Assembly: GCA_963666835.2 (NCBI GenBank)
Contig: CAXXGO010000006.1
Span: 2,048,001 to 2,112,000, forward strand
Direction: 5' to 3'
Source: Phycisphaerae bacterium
GTDB taxonomy: Bacteria > Planctomycetota > Phycisphaerae > UBA1845
Length of the DNA stretch: 64,000 nucleotides
Each line of letters opens with the position of its first letter. Position 1 is the stretch's first letter. The position numbers and the translations under genes are program-made. The notes beneath the pieces are model-generated. The model did not search any database, was not told where the DNA came from, and was given only the letters and a program-made list of their open reading frames with translations. Below, piece after piece: positions 51,010-60,695 of this stretch.

Positions 51010-51792
51010 ATGGTCGAGCAGAAGGTCGCCCTGGTTACGGGTGGTTCGCGCGGCATCGGTAGGGCGATTTGTCTGGAGCTCGCCCGGGCCGGCTACGCGG
51101 TGCTCGTGAATTTCAACGAGAACGTCGGTGCGGCCGAAGAGGTGCGGGAACTAGTTGAAGAGCAGGGCGCGCCGGCCGAAATCTGCCAGGGGGATATATC
51201 GGCTAAGTCGCACCGCGACCTGCTAGTAGCGTTCACCATGGAGCGTTTCGGGCGGATCGACCTGCTGGTCAACAACGCGGGTATCTCTCCGAAGACACGA
51301 ATGGACATTCTCGAGACCGATGAGAAGAGCTTCGACCGGGTGCTCTCCACCAACCTTCGCGGGCCGTACTTCCTCACGCAGCGCGTCGCCAAGGAGATGA
51401 TCGGTCTGATCGAGGCCGGGGTCATCGAGGGCGGGGCGGTCGTTAATATCGGCTCCATCCGCTCGTTCACCGCCGCGAGCAACTACGGTGAGTATTGTGT
51501 CAGCAAAGCTGGCTTGAGCATGGTCACGCGGTTGTTCGCGGCCCGCCTGGCCGAGCACGGGATTAACGTCTACGAGATCAGCCCGGGGATCATCGAAACG
51601 GACATGACCTCGCGTCCGGAAGTGCGCGAATACTATAACGGCAAACTCAGCGACAAGATGACACCCATCAACCGCTGGGGTAAGCCGGAGGAAGTAGCCC
51701 TCGCCGTAGGCGCAATCGCCCGCGGCCACTTCCCCTTCAGCACCGGAAACGTCCTGAACGTAGACGGTGGCTGGCACCTGCGCGAGCTGTAG
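51010..51792 (+). CDS. SDR oxidoreductase (3-ketoacyl-ACP reductase-like)
   Basis: TGGSRGIG, NNAG, YCVSK, PGIIETDM and VDGG. Confidence 0.93.
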   Translation: MVEQKVALVTGGSRGIGRAICLELARAGYAVLVNFNENVGAAEEVRELVEEQGAPAEICQGDISAKSHRDLLVAFTMERFGRIDLLVNNAGISPKTRMDILETDEKSFDRVLSTNLRGPYFLTQRVAKEMIGLIEAGVIEGGAVVNIGSIRSFTAASNYGEYCVSKAGLSMVTRLFAARLAEHGINVYEISPGIIETDMTSRPEVREYYNGKLSDKMTPINRWGKPEEVALAVGAIARGHFPFSTGNVLNVDGGWHLREL

Positions 51793-51890
51793 CGGTATTG
51801 GGCTGGGTGGCCGCATCTCTTTGGAGTTGGGGGACTGCCCGATTGCCGCAATCGAACTCCGACGGGTTACGCGAGCCGAAGGATGTTGTT

Positions 51891-52080
51891 CAACCCACTT
51901 CGGGGTTGGTGCGTGTGGGGGCTCTGTGCCCCAGGGTGGCACTCCGCGGCTACGCCGCTTCGTTTACCCTGGGCTTTGTTGTAGAACGCCTTCGGCGTAA
52001 CTTCAGAAGGCGCGTGTCATGCGATGACCACGGCAGGTCTCGTTCCTCGACCGTGCCCTACGCGAGCGTTAGCGACCCGC
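51891..52080. repeat. REP/MITE-like palindrome cluster
   Basis: CAACCC-ACTTCG-GGGTTG, CCCAGGGT..ACCCTGGG, ACGCCTTCGGCGT, and the 32-nt REP at 52031. Confidence 0.75.
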
Positions 52081-52686
52081 CCTTGACTGATGCGCGTTGT
52101 CATACGAACCGAACTGTCTGCAGCAGAATGCTTCGCAGGACTCCAGGATGGGGCAGTCCCAGGCTCCTTTGAAGGTGGCGAGTATGTCGGGCCAAGAGAA
52201 GTTGCCGTTGTCGATGACGTCCCGGAGTTCTTTCATAATGGCCAAAGCGGAGGCCGAAAGGGTGCCGACCGGGCACCAGGTGGAGATTTCACAACCAACG
52301 TAGCAGTGTTGCCACTTGTCCAGCTCCGGCGGTCTACACTGGGTGGGGCGAGGGCGATGGCTGTCGTAATGGACTGCCATGACGAATGCGGAGGCAATGC
52401 CGGACAAGACAATGGGCCGTGCCGCCGGCTCATTGAGGTACCGCAGGTCTCGGCCGGCTCTGGTGAGACGAGTTATCCATGTGACCAGATCATGGCCGGG
52501 CGCCGGTGGGGCTTGCGGGGTAGGCGCCGCAGCCATTGGCGCAGTCTTTGAAACACCGCCGCCGATCGAAGGTGTGTTCGCGGCAACTAGCGTGATAACG
52601 GCCAGACTAAGCAACGCCAGGCTCGCGCAAGTGTGGTCGGGAATGCGGGCATCCCGGAATATCAGGTTCGACAGGCGATGTTTCAC
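52069..52686 (-). CDS. Exported Cys-rich hypothetical protein with DKxxHCxxxC motif
   Basis: AAGGAG SD before GTG 52686; hydrophobic N-terminal segment; LDKWQHCYVGC..KELRD..DILAT..C..SCEAFC. Confidence 0.6.
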   Translation of the reverse strand: MKHRLSNLIFRDARIPDHTCASLALLSLAVITLVAANTPSIGGGVSKTAPMAAAPTPQAPPAPGHDLVTWITRLTRAGRDLRYLNEPAARPIVLSGIASAFVMAVHYDSHRPRPTQCRPPELDKWQHCYVGCEISTWCPVGTLSASALAIMKELRDVIDNGNFSWPDILATFKGAWDCPILESCEAFCCRQFGSYDNAHQSRAGR

Positions 52687-52730
52687 AATTGCGCTCCTTG
52701 CATCGTTCGCACAGGGCCCGGTCCGGCGCG

Positions 52731-55700
52731 TTACGGTTCGGCCGACCGGCGGTTCCAAGCCTCCATGGCGCGGAGTTTGGCGGCTCGAATAGCCGGATCC
52801 TGTTCCCGCTCCCATGGGGGAGCGTCCTGTGCCAGGGTCTCGACGAGCCGGTAATCGCATCTCAGTTCATTGGCTGGTGTACGCAGGGCTTCGAGACTGG
52901 CCCACTCCAGAGTCTCTCCACCCAGATTCGTATTGCGGATGTCCGTCAGATCCGTCTGCTGTGGGGAGAACTCTGCCCGGCTGAGGTCTTTGTCAGCAAG
53001 TGCTAAGTGTCGGTCAGGTGCCACGATCACTCCGAGTGATCCTCCCAAGGGGGAGCCGAAGGGTGGAGAACAGGCGTCGGGAACGCTGCCGAGAACGGAC
53101 GTGAAAAGCGTCTCGCCGAGACGCTCGTCTGCGATTAGACCGACGGATGGTCCGATTCGATGGAGAAACGGCCCCTCGACGATCTCGGCGGCTTGCGCAG
53201 ATTGGGCCGCGCTCCAGACTATGGCGTAGGTCGACTCGGGACCGCAGAAGTACTCGACGAAGACCGTTGGGAAGATCAACCCCCGGCCGCGATGCTTGGC
53301 GGAGAATTCCCGCATGGCCTGCAGATCACTGGAGAGTCGAATGAGGCTCTCCGGCTCCTCGGGCGGGGCGGCTTGCTTCGCTTCCCAGATCCGCTGCAGC
53401 AGAGCGAGCGTCTGCGCGGCAGTCAGCTCGGCCTGTTGCGGATCCGAACCGCCGCCGCCGGCCAGCGCTTCGGCCAACTCCCGTTCGACTGCTTCCCGGA
53501 TAGCGTGGCTGCCCAGCAGATCGTCCAGGTACTTAACCTCCGTCAAGACCGTTGCCAGTCCATCAGGCGGGGCGGAATCGGGAGCCCATTCCCATTGGAT
53601 TGCCTCGGTGTTCGGTCGTGACAGGGTCAAGACATACTCCGGGCGCAGTTCTGCGGCGAGTTGATTCAATGCCCCCTCGGCCGACTCCCGTTCGATTCCG
53701 TCGGGAACCTGATCCAACGCCCAGCGGGCTTGGAACGAGATCCGCAGACTGGGCGAACCGGGCGTGGAGTCGAGTTCCGGTCGGTCGATGATCTCCAGGC
53801 GCGGCTGGATATACCGCGTCTCCCATTCGGCGACGTTATCCAATCCGGGCGGAGCGGTTCCATCGATCCACGGGTCCGGCACGCCGGCGGTAAGCGGGGA
53901 ACCCGCGCCCGGCGGGTGCTCGTAGTCGCGCAATTCAGCGTATTTCTCCAACAATGCCCAGTAGGCAGGGGCCTCCCAATCACGGAGCAACCGCTCGGGC
54001 GATCCCAACGGCACCACCAGTTCCACTCGGTCGGCCGGATCCAGCTCCGCCGGGTTGGCGTTGACATCAGCAATCCACGGGGCGGCTGCGGCCACGTGCA
54101 GCCCTTCGGCGGTTGAGCCGTCTATTTCGACGAAGTTCGGCTCCGGGTAGATACGTCTGATCCAGTGGGTCTCTTCGAGTCCGGCGTTGACGTTATCGAT
54201 GATGTCCAGGGACTGCTCCAGACCGTCTAACACTTCTGCCCAGCTCCGCTGGGGTACAAAGCGAAGATCTTCGGAGCTCCATCTTGCTTCCACAACCAGC
54301 GGCCGGAGGTTGGCGGTGTTGAAGGTCACCTGTTCGGCACTCTTGAGCATTACTCCCACATCAGACGGGCGGTCAATCTGCACGGCCTCCCGCACATCAT
54401 AGGGGTCGAGCCGGGCGACCCACTCGCTGGCGGAATCGGCTTGTTTTTCAAGCAGGATGGGCTCCAGGCCGGTGCGGACTCGGTTGCGGAGCTGCGTTTC
54501 ACTTGCGATCGGAATGGTGATATCACCGTCTTGGGCCACGAGAGGTATGTCCTCCAATCCGGTGACCTCCCGATCCCGCATAGTCACCGTCACCGAGGTC
54601 GCGGCCGACCAGAAGGAAAGATCGTCGGAGATTGCCCATGACGGCTCGGTGACACTAACCGTTATCAGGTCCGGTGCCGCGTAGGCCGTGAAATCTTGCC
54701 GGACTACGTCGCGCACTATTTCCGTGAGCCGAGCGGTTGGGCCTTCCCGGAGCAGTCTGTCCAACTCGGCGCAGTCGGCGCGAATTGAGGCGGCGTATTC
54801 CCGGGATAACGTCCATTCGTCGCCCCCGTCGGTAAGGACCAACTCGATCGGACGTTCGGTCGGGTCCAAGCCCGGCAGTCGATAGACTATCGTTGGAGTG
54901 CTGGGGATTCCTGTGGTTTCGGACGCCACCAGCCGGCTCGAAAGCGCGGCTCGGCGGACGAATACCGATCTGTTGAGCAGGTTGCCTATCTGCAGGGTCG
55001 GCAGATCCTCCAGTGACGGACCCATTGAGGAATCTTCTGTGATCAGATCGGTATCGTCGATTTCACTGGCGGGTTCATCGCTCCCCGGTGGTGCAGCCGG
55101 CTCCGAAGTGTCACCCGGCTGCGGTGCGACGACCACATTCTCTGGTTGTCCCAACTGGCTTGGCCATTGCAACCATACCGTCAGCGCAAGTGCCGCAATG
55201 ATGGCTGCTCCGATTCCTCCCCGGAGCTTCCATGACGATCCGGTGACACTTCTGGGTCGCGCGGGGACGACTTCAACTTCGTCCCGGCTCTCCGGGACGC
55301 GGCCGAGTTGCTTGAGGGCCTCTGCCGCGGTGGGCCGGTCCTCGGGGAGCCGGGCCAGCATCCGTCCGACGATGCTCTCCAAGCGCTGAAACTCAGGATC
55401 GGTCGATTCGCGGAGCAACCCCCGACTAGCGCCAGTGAACGGTAGCCATGCCATCGACTCGGCCATCGCCGCGAGGCGGTGGTCGTTGTGCCCCTCAAGA
55501 TACGGATGACGATGGTCGGCCATCAAGCGGAGGAGTATTCCGGCGGCAAAGACGTCAGAACCCGGCTCGAAAGTGCCCAGCGTGGCGGGGTTGCCGTACT
55601 TGTCGGGATCAATGAACCCGCAGATTCGGTTGTCGCTTTCGCTCTCCGGTGCCAGGACCTTCCAGACGGCCGTGCCCTGTTGCTCGGGCGGTCCGTCGCC

Positions 55701-56162
55701 ATGAGGCTCCGCGGAGAGGTTCTTATACTGTTCAACGTCGAGGACAGCGCACAATGCCGGGGCGAAGCCGAAATCGGAGATCTTCTCGACACCGTCTGGT
55801 GAAGTCAGCAGCGTTGCGGCGCAGAGGCTGCCGTGGACCGCGGGAAGGTCTGCGTCGTGGTTGAAGGCGACGCGGAGACCGTCCAACAATGCGGTGGCCC
55901 AGCGGAGTAGCTCTTCTTCGTTTGCAACGGGAGCCTTGCGGTTAAACAGGTTTGCCGCCGGCGGCACGGCGGGTTCGTGCTCAACGAAGAAGGCTTGTTC
56001 GTTTTGTTGGAGCTTTCCGATTAAGCCAAGGACGTTCGGAGAACGCAAGGCCAACTCTTGCTGCACGCGGACGCAGACTGAGAGCCGCCGGGCCAGCTCT
56101 GCCAGCCCCTTCTTGGACAAGCCGGCAGGTTTGAGGATAACACGACGAAACGGAATGCCCAT
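52731..56162 (-). CDS. Membrane-anchored Ser/Thr kinase-like protein (probable pseudokinase) with a large extracytoplasmic region
   Basis: KISDFG, SDVFAAGILL and RLPEDRPTA kinase subdomains; catalytic loop reads VHGSLCAAT; TM GIGAAIIAALALTVWL. Confidence 0.8.
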   Translation of the reverse strand: MGIPFRRVILKPAGLSKKGLAELARRLSVCVRVQQELALRSPNVLGLIGKLQQNEQAFFVEHEPAVPPAANLFNRKAPVANEEELLRWATALLDGLRVAFNHDADLPAVHGSLCAATLLTSPDGVEKISDFGFAPALCAVLDVEQYKNLSAEPHGDGPPEQQGTAVWKVLAPESESDNRICGFIDPDKYGNPATLGTFEPGSDVFAAGILLRLMADHRHPYLEGHNDHRLAAMAESMAWLPFTGASRGLLRESTDPEFQRLESIVGRMLARLPEDRPTAAEALKQLGRVPESRDEVEVVPARPRSVTGSSWKLRGGIGAAIIAALALTVWLQWPSQLGQPENVVVAPQPGDTSEPAAPPGSDEPASEIDDTDLITEDSSMGPSLEDLPTLQIGNLLNRSVFVRRAALSSRLVASETTGIPSTPTIVYRLPGLDPTERPIELVLTDGGDEWTLSREYAASIRADCAELDRLLREGPTARLTEIVRDVVRQDFTAYAAPDLITVSVTEPSWAISDDLSFWSAATSVTVTMRDREVTGLEDIPLVAQDGDITIPIASETQLRNRVRTGLEPILLEKQADSASEWVARLDPYDVREAVQIDRPSDVGVMLKSAEQVTFNTANLRPLVVEARWSSEDLRFVPQRSWAEVLDGLEQSLDIIDNVNAGLEETHWIRRIYPEPNFVEIDGSTAEGLHVAAAAPWIADVNANPAELDPADRVELVVPLGSPERLLRDWEAPAYWALLEKYAELRDYEHPPGAGSPLTAGVPDPWIDGTAPPGLDNVAEWETRYIQPRLEIIDRPELDSTPGSPSLRISFQARWALDQVPDGIERESAEGALNQLAAELRPEYVLTLSRPNTEAIQWEWAPDSAPPDGLATVLTEVKYLDDLLGSHAIREAVERELAEALAGGGGSDPQQAELTAAQTLALLQRIWEAKQAAPPEEPESLIRLSSDLQAMREFSAKHRGRGLIFPTVFVEYFCGPESTYAIVWSAAQSAQAAEIVEGPFLHRIGPSVGLIADERLGETLFTSVLGSVPDACSPPFGSPLGGSLGVIVAPDRHLALADKDLSRAEFSPQQTDLTDIRNTNLGGETLEWASLEALRTPANELRCDYRLVETLAQDAPPWEREQDPAIRAAKLRAMEAWNRRSAEP

Positions 56163-56433
56163 ACGGCCCCAGCCCTCTGTGCGCGTAGCGTTCAACGACG
56201 GGATAGTAACCTATCGGGATGTTCGGTTCGAGGATCGTAGCCGGCGGGGCGGCGTCCTTTACCAAACCGGTTGAAGAGAGTACGGTGGTTCGGGAGGCAA
56301 TGCCGGTGAATCGCAGTGCCGAATCTGCCGTTTTCGGGATTGGGTAGAAACGACCGATGTAACATCCGTGGCAGCGCGAACGAGGCCGCAATGTGCGGTC
56401 GAAGCGGTCATTCTCAAGTTCTGGAAGCTATCC

Positions 56434-57609
56434 ATGGGTAACGAGGGCAAAGAGGGAGCCAACGGGCCGCCGCAGACGCCGTCCGCCGACGCGCTGCTTG
56501 CGGCGTTTGCCGGCGCCGATGAGTCGGAACGCTATCGTCTGCTGTCCAGCGTGCTCTCGGGCATGGCCGACAAGAGCGGTGCCGTCGACAGCGGCAGCGC
56601 GGCAGAGGTCGAAGCCCTGTCAAAGAGGCTGCAGGAGGCCGCGGAGGAGAAGGCCGCCCTCGCCGATCAAATCGCCACTGTCAAGGCTGATCTCGGGCTC
56701 GCGACTTCGAAGCTGGAAGCGGAGCAGACCCGGGGGCACGAACTCCAGTTGATTACGGAAGAGCAGCGCGAGCGCATGGAGTCCTCCCGGAAGAAGCTGC
56801 AGGAGGTCGAAGCGCAACTGCAGGCCCGCAATGCGGAACTGCACAAGACCCAGGTGGAAAATGAAGACCTGCTGCTGAAATTGCAGCGATCAGAGGCCAA
56901 GGTCGGCGACAGCTCCAAGACGGACCGGTTAGAGGAGGGTCGCAAGGTTCTCGCGGCCGAGAACGCGGAGTTAAGCAGGCAGCTCGAGCAGCTTCGGGCG
57001 GACAAGGACGCCGACATCACCCGGTTGACCGAGGAGCTGGCCGCGGCGCGCTCCGGGGCGTCCGGCAAGGGGACTTTCGACTTTCCTGCTTTGTGGGAGC
57101 GGCTCGCCGCGGCAGATTCGGCGCTGGTGGAGGGGCACGTGGCGCCCACGGAACAGGCGGCCGAGCGGTTGTTTGAAAGCTACATAGAGCTGGTGCGGTT
57201 CGTTGACAGTTTCGACCAGTTGCTCCGTCCGTTCCTTACTAAGTACACCCGGGACCATCCACCGGTTCGGGTGCCTTGGGATGTCTATGCCAAGCGGGAC
57301 GGTGCGCGGGACACCGTGAAGCAGGTTCTCGCTCCGATTGGTGGTAAGCCAGTGGGTTTTTTGAGGGTGAAACTGCGTGGTTTGTATCGTTGGGTCGAGG
57401 CGGCCATGATCGGATCCGATGCTGCTCTTGAATCCGTGGCCTCCGAACTTTATACCTTTGCAATGGACAAGGAGCCGTACGGCGCCGGCTCCGATCCCAA
57501 TCGAAAAGTCAAGGAGTTCCTCCGAGAGAACGGCCCCGACCTTTTCCTTCAGCGAATGCGCGAGCTTCGCGGGTCGAAAATCGCGGACGTCTTCGGGCGA
57601 GGCGCTTGA
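56434..57609 (+). CDS. Coiled-coil protein heading the T6SS operon (possible TagH C-terminal-like domain, no FHA)
   Basis: Long heptad-rich E/K/Q/L region followed by a helical C-terminal domain; directly upstream of tssJ-K-L-M. Confidence 0.75.
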   Translation: MGNEGKEGANGPPQTPSADALLAAFAGADESERYRLLSSVLSGMADKSGAVDSGSAAEVEALSKRLQEAAEEKAALADQIATVKADLGLATSKLEAEQTRGHELQLITEEQRERMESSRKKLQEVEAQLQARNAELHKTQVENEDLLLKLQRSEAKVGDSSKTDRLEEGRKVLAAENAELSRQLEQLRADKDADITRLTEELAAARSGASGKGTFDFPALWERLAAADSALVEGHVAPTEQAAERLFESYIELVRFVDSFDQLLRPFLTKYTRDHPPVRVPWDVYAKRDGARDTVKQVLAPIGGKPVGFLRVKLRGLYRWVEAAMIGSDAALESVASELYTFAMDKEPYGAGSDPNRKVKEFLRENGPDLFLQRMRELRGSKIADVFGRGA

Positions 57610-57640
57610 CCGTAAACCACCGTACTGTGGGGATGAACAC

Positions 57641-58297
57641 ATGAGCAGGCTTCGTGAGTTTCATGGAAGAACGAGATACGTTCCGCGTTGGCTGATGGCG
57701 GCGTTGCCGGTGGTGTTGACGGTGCCGCTCGTTGGGTGTCAGTCGCGCACGTTGGTGATTACGCAAGCGGATAGGATCAACACGGCGATGCAGTTGGGTC
57801 GCGCCCTGGAAAACCAAACGGGGGAACCGCTGGAACTGACCGTGGTTTGCGTGAAGCCTGAGGATCTGGAGAAGCAGGAGAATTCGCGGCTTAGCCCGGA
57901 CAGCTTGATCACGTCGAAGGAGTGGTACGAGTTTCGCCCCGAGGGTGGAGTTCCCACCGGAGGGCGCTTCGACATTCCGGACAGCCAGATCTACGTGTTG
58001 ACCAACAAGAACAGAATCTGCGGGCAGGTGCGGGGTCCTGCGTTGCGCGGGGCGATCGAGGACGGAACTGCGGAGCGCTTCATCAAGGGGATCTCGTTCG
58101 GGAGGAAGTCATACAGCAAGAAGTCGGCGATTTACGTCTTCCCCAAGTTCATCGACAGGAATGGTGCGGTGTTGCCGGTCCCGCCGGTGCGTTTCAGCCC
58201 GCCTGCGGCTTACTCCTCCACTTTGCGGGTGGAGATTGGGGTGGAGCCGGGCGGACCCCACGATGGCCAGTACCTGCGGCGGGTGGAAAAACGGTGA
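57641..58297 (+). CDS. Lipoprotein at the TssJ position (TssJ-like)
   Basis: Lipobox LVG|C; 'IN...GEPLELTVV' loosely recalls TssJ 'IN....PL.VR.Y'; precedes tssK. Confidence 0.6.
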   Translation: MSRLREFHGRTRYVPRWLMAALPVVLTVPLVGCQSRTLVITQADRINTAMQLGRALENQTGEPLELTVVCVKPEDLEKQENSRLSPDSLITSKEWYEFRPEGGVPTGGRFDIPDSQIYVLTNKNRICGQVRGPALRGAIEDGTAERFIKGISFGRKSYSKKSAIYVFPKFIDRNGAVLPVPPVRFSPPAAYSSTLRVEIGVEPGGPHDGQYLRRVEKR

Positions 58298-58437
58298 CAG
58301 CGCAGTTGCAGGCCGACGACCTGGTGCGGCCGGCTGACGGTGGATGGAGCCCAGTCATGGAGTTGGTCCAGGCTCGCGGGTTACCCGATATGTGGGTGGA
58401 GGGACGCAGCGTTCGAGTCGGAGATTGGTGCTCATGA
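58294..58437 (+). CDS. 47-aa micro-ORF coupled to both neighbours
   Basis: GTGA overlap with the upstream stop and ATGA overlap with the tssK start. Confidence 0.4.
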   Translation: MTAQLQADDLVRPADGGWSPVMELVQARGLPDMWVEGRSVRVGDWCS

Positions 58438-59852
58438 GTTTCTGGACGGAGATCCACTGGTCGGAGGGGATGTTCCTTCGACCTCATCATCTTCAGGCGG
58501 CACAGCGCCGGGTGGAGACGGTGGTCAACACGGGGTTCGACTCGCTCAGGCCGTTTGCCTGGGGTTTCATGAGCCTGGACGTTGCGCAGGAGCCTCTGGA
58601 GAACTTCACGCTTCGTCTGGATGAATGCGTCGTGCGCATGAAAGACGGAACGTGGGTGCAGATCCCGGAGAACACCCAGGTTGCTCCGCTCGATTTCCAG
58701 GAACAGGTGGACTCGGCGAAAGGCCCGTTGGACATCTACTTGGGCATCCCCCAAATGCAGGAAGTCCGGGCGAATTCCGTGCCCCTCGAACGGCCGGAGC
58801 AGGCGACCGGTACTCCACGTTACGAGCCGCACCCGCTGATGCGCCGGGATGAGAATACCGGCGAGAATCCGCAAATGTTATATGTGCGGAGGATGCGCGG
58901 GCGTCTGTTCGTGGCGGGCGACGATATGACCGGGTATGAGACCTTGCGCATCGGCGCTGTGATGCGCACCGATCGACCGGGTGCCGTGCCCGAGCTGGAC
59001 CCGTCCGGAGCGGGCCCGATGCTGGCGGTTCAGGCCGATGCGGGCTTAAGTTCCTTGCTCACGTCGCTCAGTGATCAGATTGAGGCTAAGGACGAGGTGC
59101 TTGCCAAGGAAGCGCGCGAGCATCGGATGTTGTTCACCGACGGGATTGCCGCGAATACGGAGCACCTGCTCAAGCTGCACGCGCTCAACGAGGTTCGCGG
59201 CCAACTTACGGCGATGATGCAGTGCCCGTTGTTGCACCCGTACGATGTGTTCGTCGTTTTGTCGCGGCTGGTCGGACAGCTTTCGGTTTTTCACGACGAC
59301 CTCGTTCCGGAGACTCTGCCGACCTACGAGCATGATCGCCCCGGCCTGGCGTTTGAGGCGTTGCGCAAGCGAATCGAGATTCTGCTCGACGCGATGCGGC
59401 CGATGGCCTACGTAGAACGCCGCTTCGCGCGGAAGCAAGATGCGCGGGGGCATGACGGCTTGGAAGTCGAGTTGGATCGGTCGTGGATTGACGAGAATCT
59501 GGAGATGTATGTGGCCGTCGTCTCCGAGGAGATGGATGTCGCCGAGGTGGAGCGGTACATCTACACGAAGCTTAACATGAAGCTGGCTTCCCCGACTCGG
59601 GCTCCGCGGATAGCCAACATCGCGGTTCGGGGTTTGCGTTTGGAGATCAAGTCGGTTCCGGCGGGCACGCTGCCGCGGCGACAGGGCCTGCATTACTTCA
59701 AGATCAACAAGACGATGGGCCCGGATCGCACCGACTATTGGCGCGAGTGTGAGCAGGAACGCGGCATTCGGGTGAGTACGCAGGAAGGCCGCCTGGCGGA
59801 CTTCGAGAAGTTCCAGCCCTCCCTTTACGTAATACTGAAGGCTCGTACATGA
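58434..59852 (+). CDS. tssK: Type VI secretion baseplate subunit TssK
   Basis: IHWSEGMFLRPHHLQ, WGF, MKDGT, HPYDVF..L..LVGQLS.F, YEHD and LPRRQGLHYF. Confidence 0.93.
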   Translation: MSFWTEIHWSEGMFLRPHHLQAAQRRVETVVNTGFDSLRPFAWGFMSLDVAQEPLENFTLRLDECVVRMKDGTWVQIPENTQVAPLDFQEQVDSAKGPLDIYLGIPQMQEVRANSVPLERPEQATGTPRYEPHPLMRRDENTGENPQMLYVRRMRGRLFVAGDDMTGYETLRIGAVMRTDRPGAVPELDPSGAGPMLAVQADAGLSSLLTSLSDQIEAKDEVLAKEAREHRMLFTDGIAANTEHLLKLHALNEVRGQLTAMMQCPLLHPYDVFVVLSRLVGQLSVFHDDLVPETLPTYEHDRPGLAFEALRKRIEILLDAMRPMAYVERRFARKQDARGHDGLEVELDRSWIDENLEMYVAVVSEEMDVAEVERYIYTKLNMKLASPTRAPRIANIAVRGLRLEIKSVPAGTLPRRQGLHYFKINKTMGPDRTDYWRECEQERGIRVSTQEGRLADFEKFQPSLYVILKART

Positions 59853-60646
59853 TGGATACTGCCGAGCATGCGTCACTACGGTTGACCGAAGCCTGCTGGC
59901 CGGTCTTTGAATTCGTCACCAATTTCCAGAGGCAGGTCAAGTACGGCACCGTTCCGCCCGCGGATCAGGTTCGTTATGAGGCCCTCTCCGCCCTGCGCGA
60001 TGCGGAAGACCTCGCCCGCAACGACCCCATTACCGAGCGGGCGTGGCACGAGCGGATCAAGGAGATCGTGGTCTACCTGCTTGACTACAAGATGCTTAAT
60101 ACGGAGTGGGGCGGACACAACTACTGGTTCGACAACATGTTCGAGACCGACCCGATGATCCTGGACCACCCGGAAGCCCTCGGCGGAGAGGAGTTCTTCC
60201 GCGTCTGCGACGAGCTGCAGCGGGAATACGAGGCGGCCGAACGGCGGGATCGTCGGGACAAGGACGAACTCGCAGAGCAGCTTGGCCTCTACTTCATCTG
60301 CCTGCGCTTGGGGTTCAAAGGCAAGTTCCACGATCGTCCGCAGGAGCTGGCCGACTATACGAGACGCTTGTTCACGCGTCTGCCGGCGTACGCCACCACG
60401 CGGGCGAAGGAGATGTTCCCGGAGAGCTATAAGCACAACCAGGAGATTAAGGTCAACTACAACCTCGGCATGAGCATGACGATCGTGCTCGTGATGTTGG
60501 TTGTGGTTGTAGTTTTGTGGATGGGCGTATCGCGTTTTGCGTGGCAGCGCGCCACTACGGATCTCGAGCGATATGCCGACGAGTTGAGCACTCCGGTTGC
60601 GGCGACAGCTTTGGAGTCGAAGGCGGTTGCCCCGGCGAACGATTAG
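59849..60646 (+). CDS. tssL: Type VI/IVB secretion DotU/TssL family protein
   Basis: GGEEFF and LYFICLRLGFKGKF; C-terminal TM; no OmpA domain. Confidence 0.9.
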   Translation: MMDTAEHASLRLTEACWPVFEFVTNFQRQVKYGTVPPADQVRYEALSALRDAEDLARNDPITERAWHERIKEIVVYLLDYKMLNTEWGGHNYWFDNMFETDPMILDHPEALGGEEFFRVCDELQREYEAAERRDRRDKDELAEQLGLYFICLRLGFKGKFHDRPQELADYTRRLFTRLPAYATTRAKEMFPESYKHNQEIKVNYNLGMSMTIVLVMLVVVVVLWMGVSRFAWQRATTDLERYADELSTPVAATALESKAVAPAND

Positions 60647-60695
60647 GCAGGCAAATACGTTCTTGCGGTTTCTGACCGGGAACGAGGTGTGAAAC

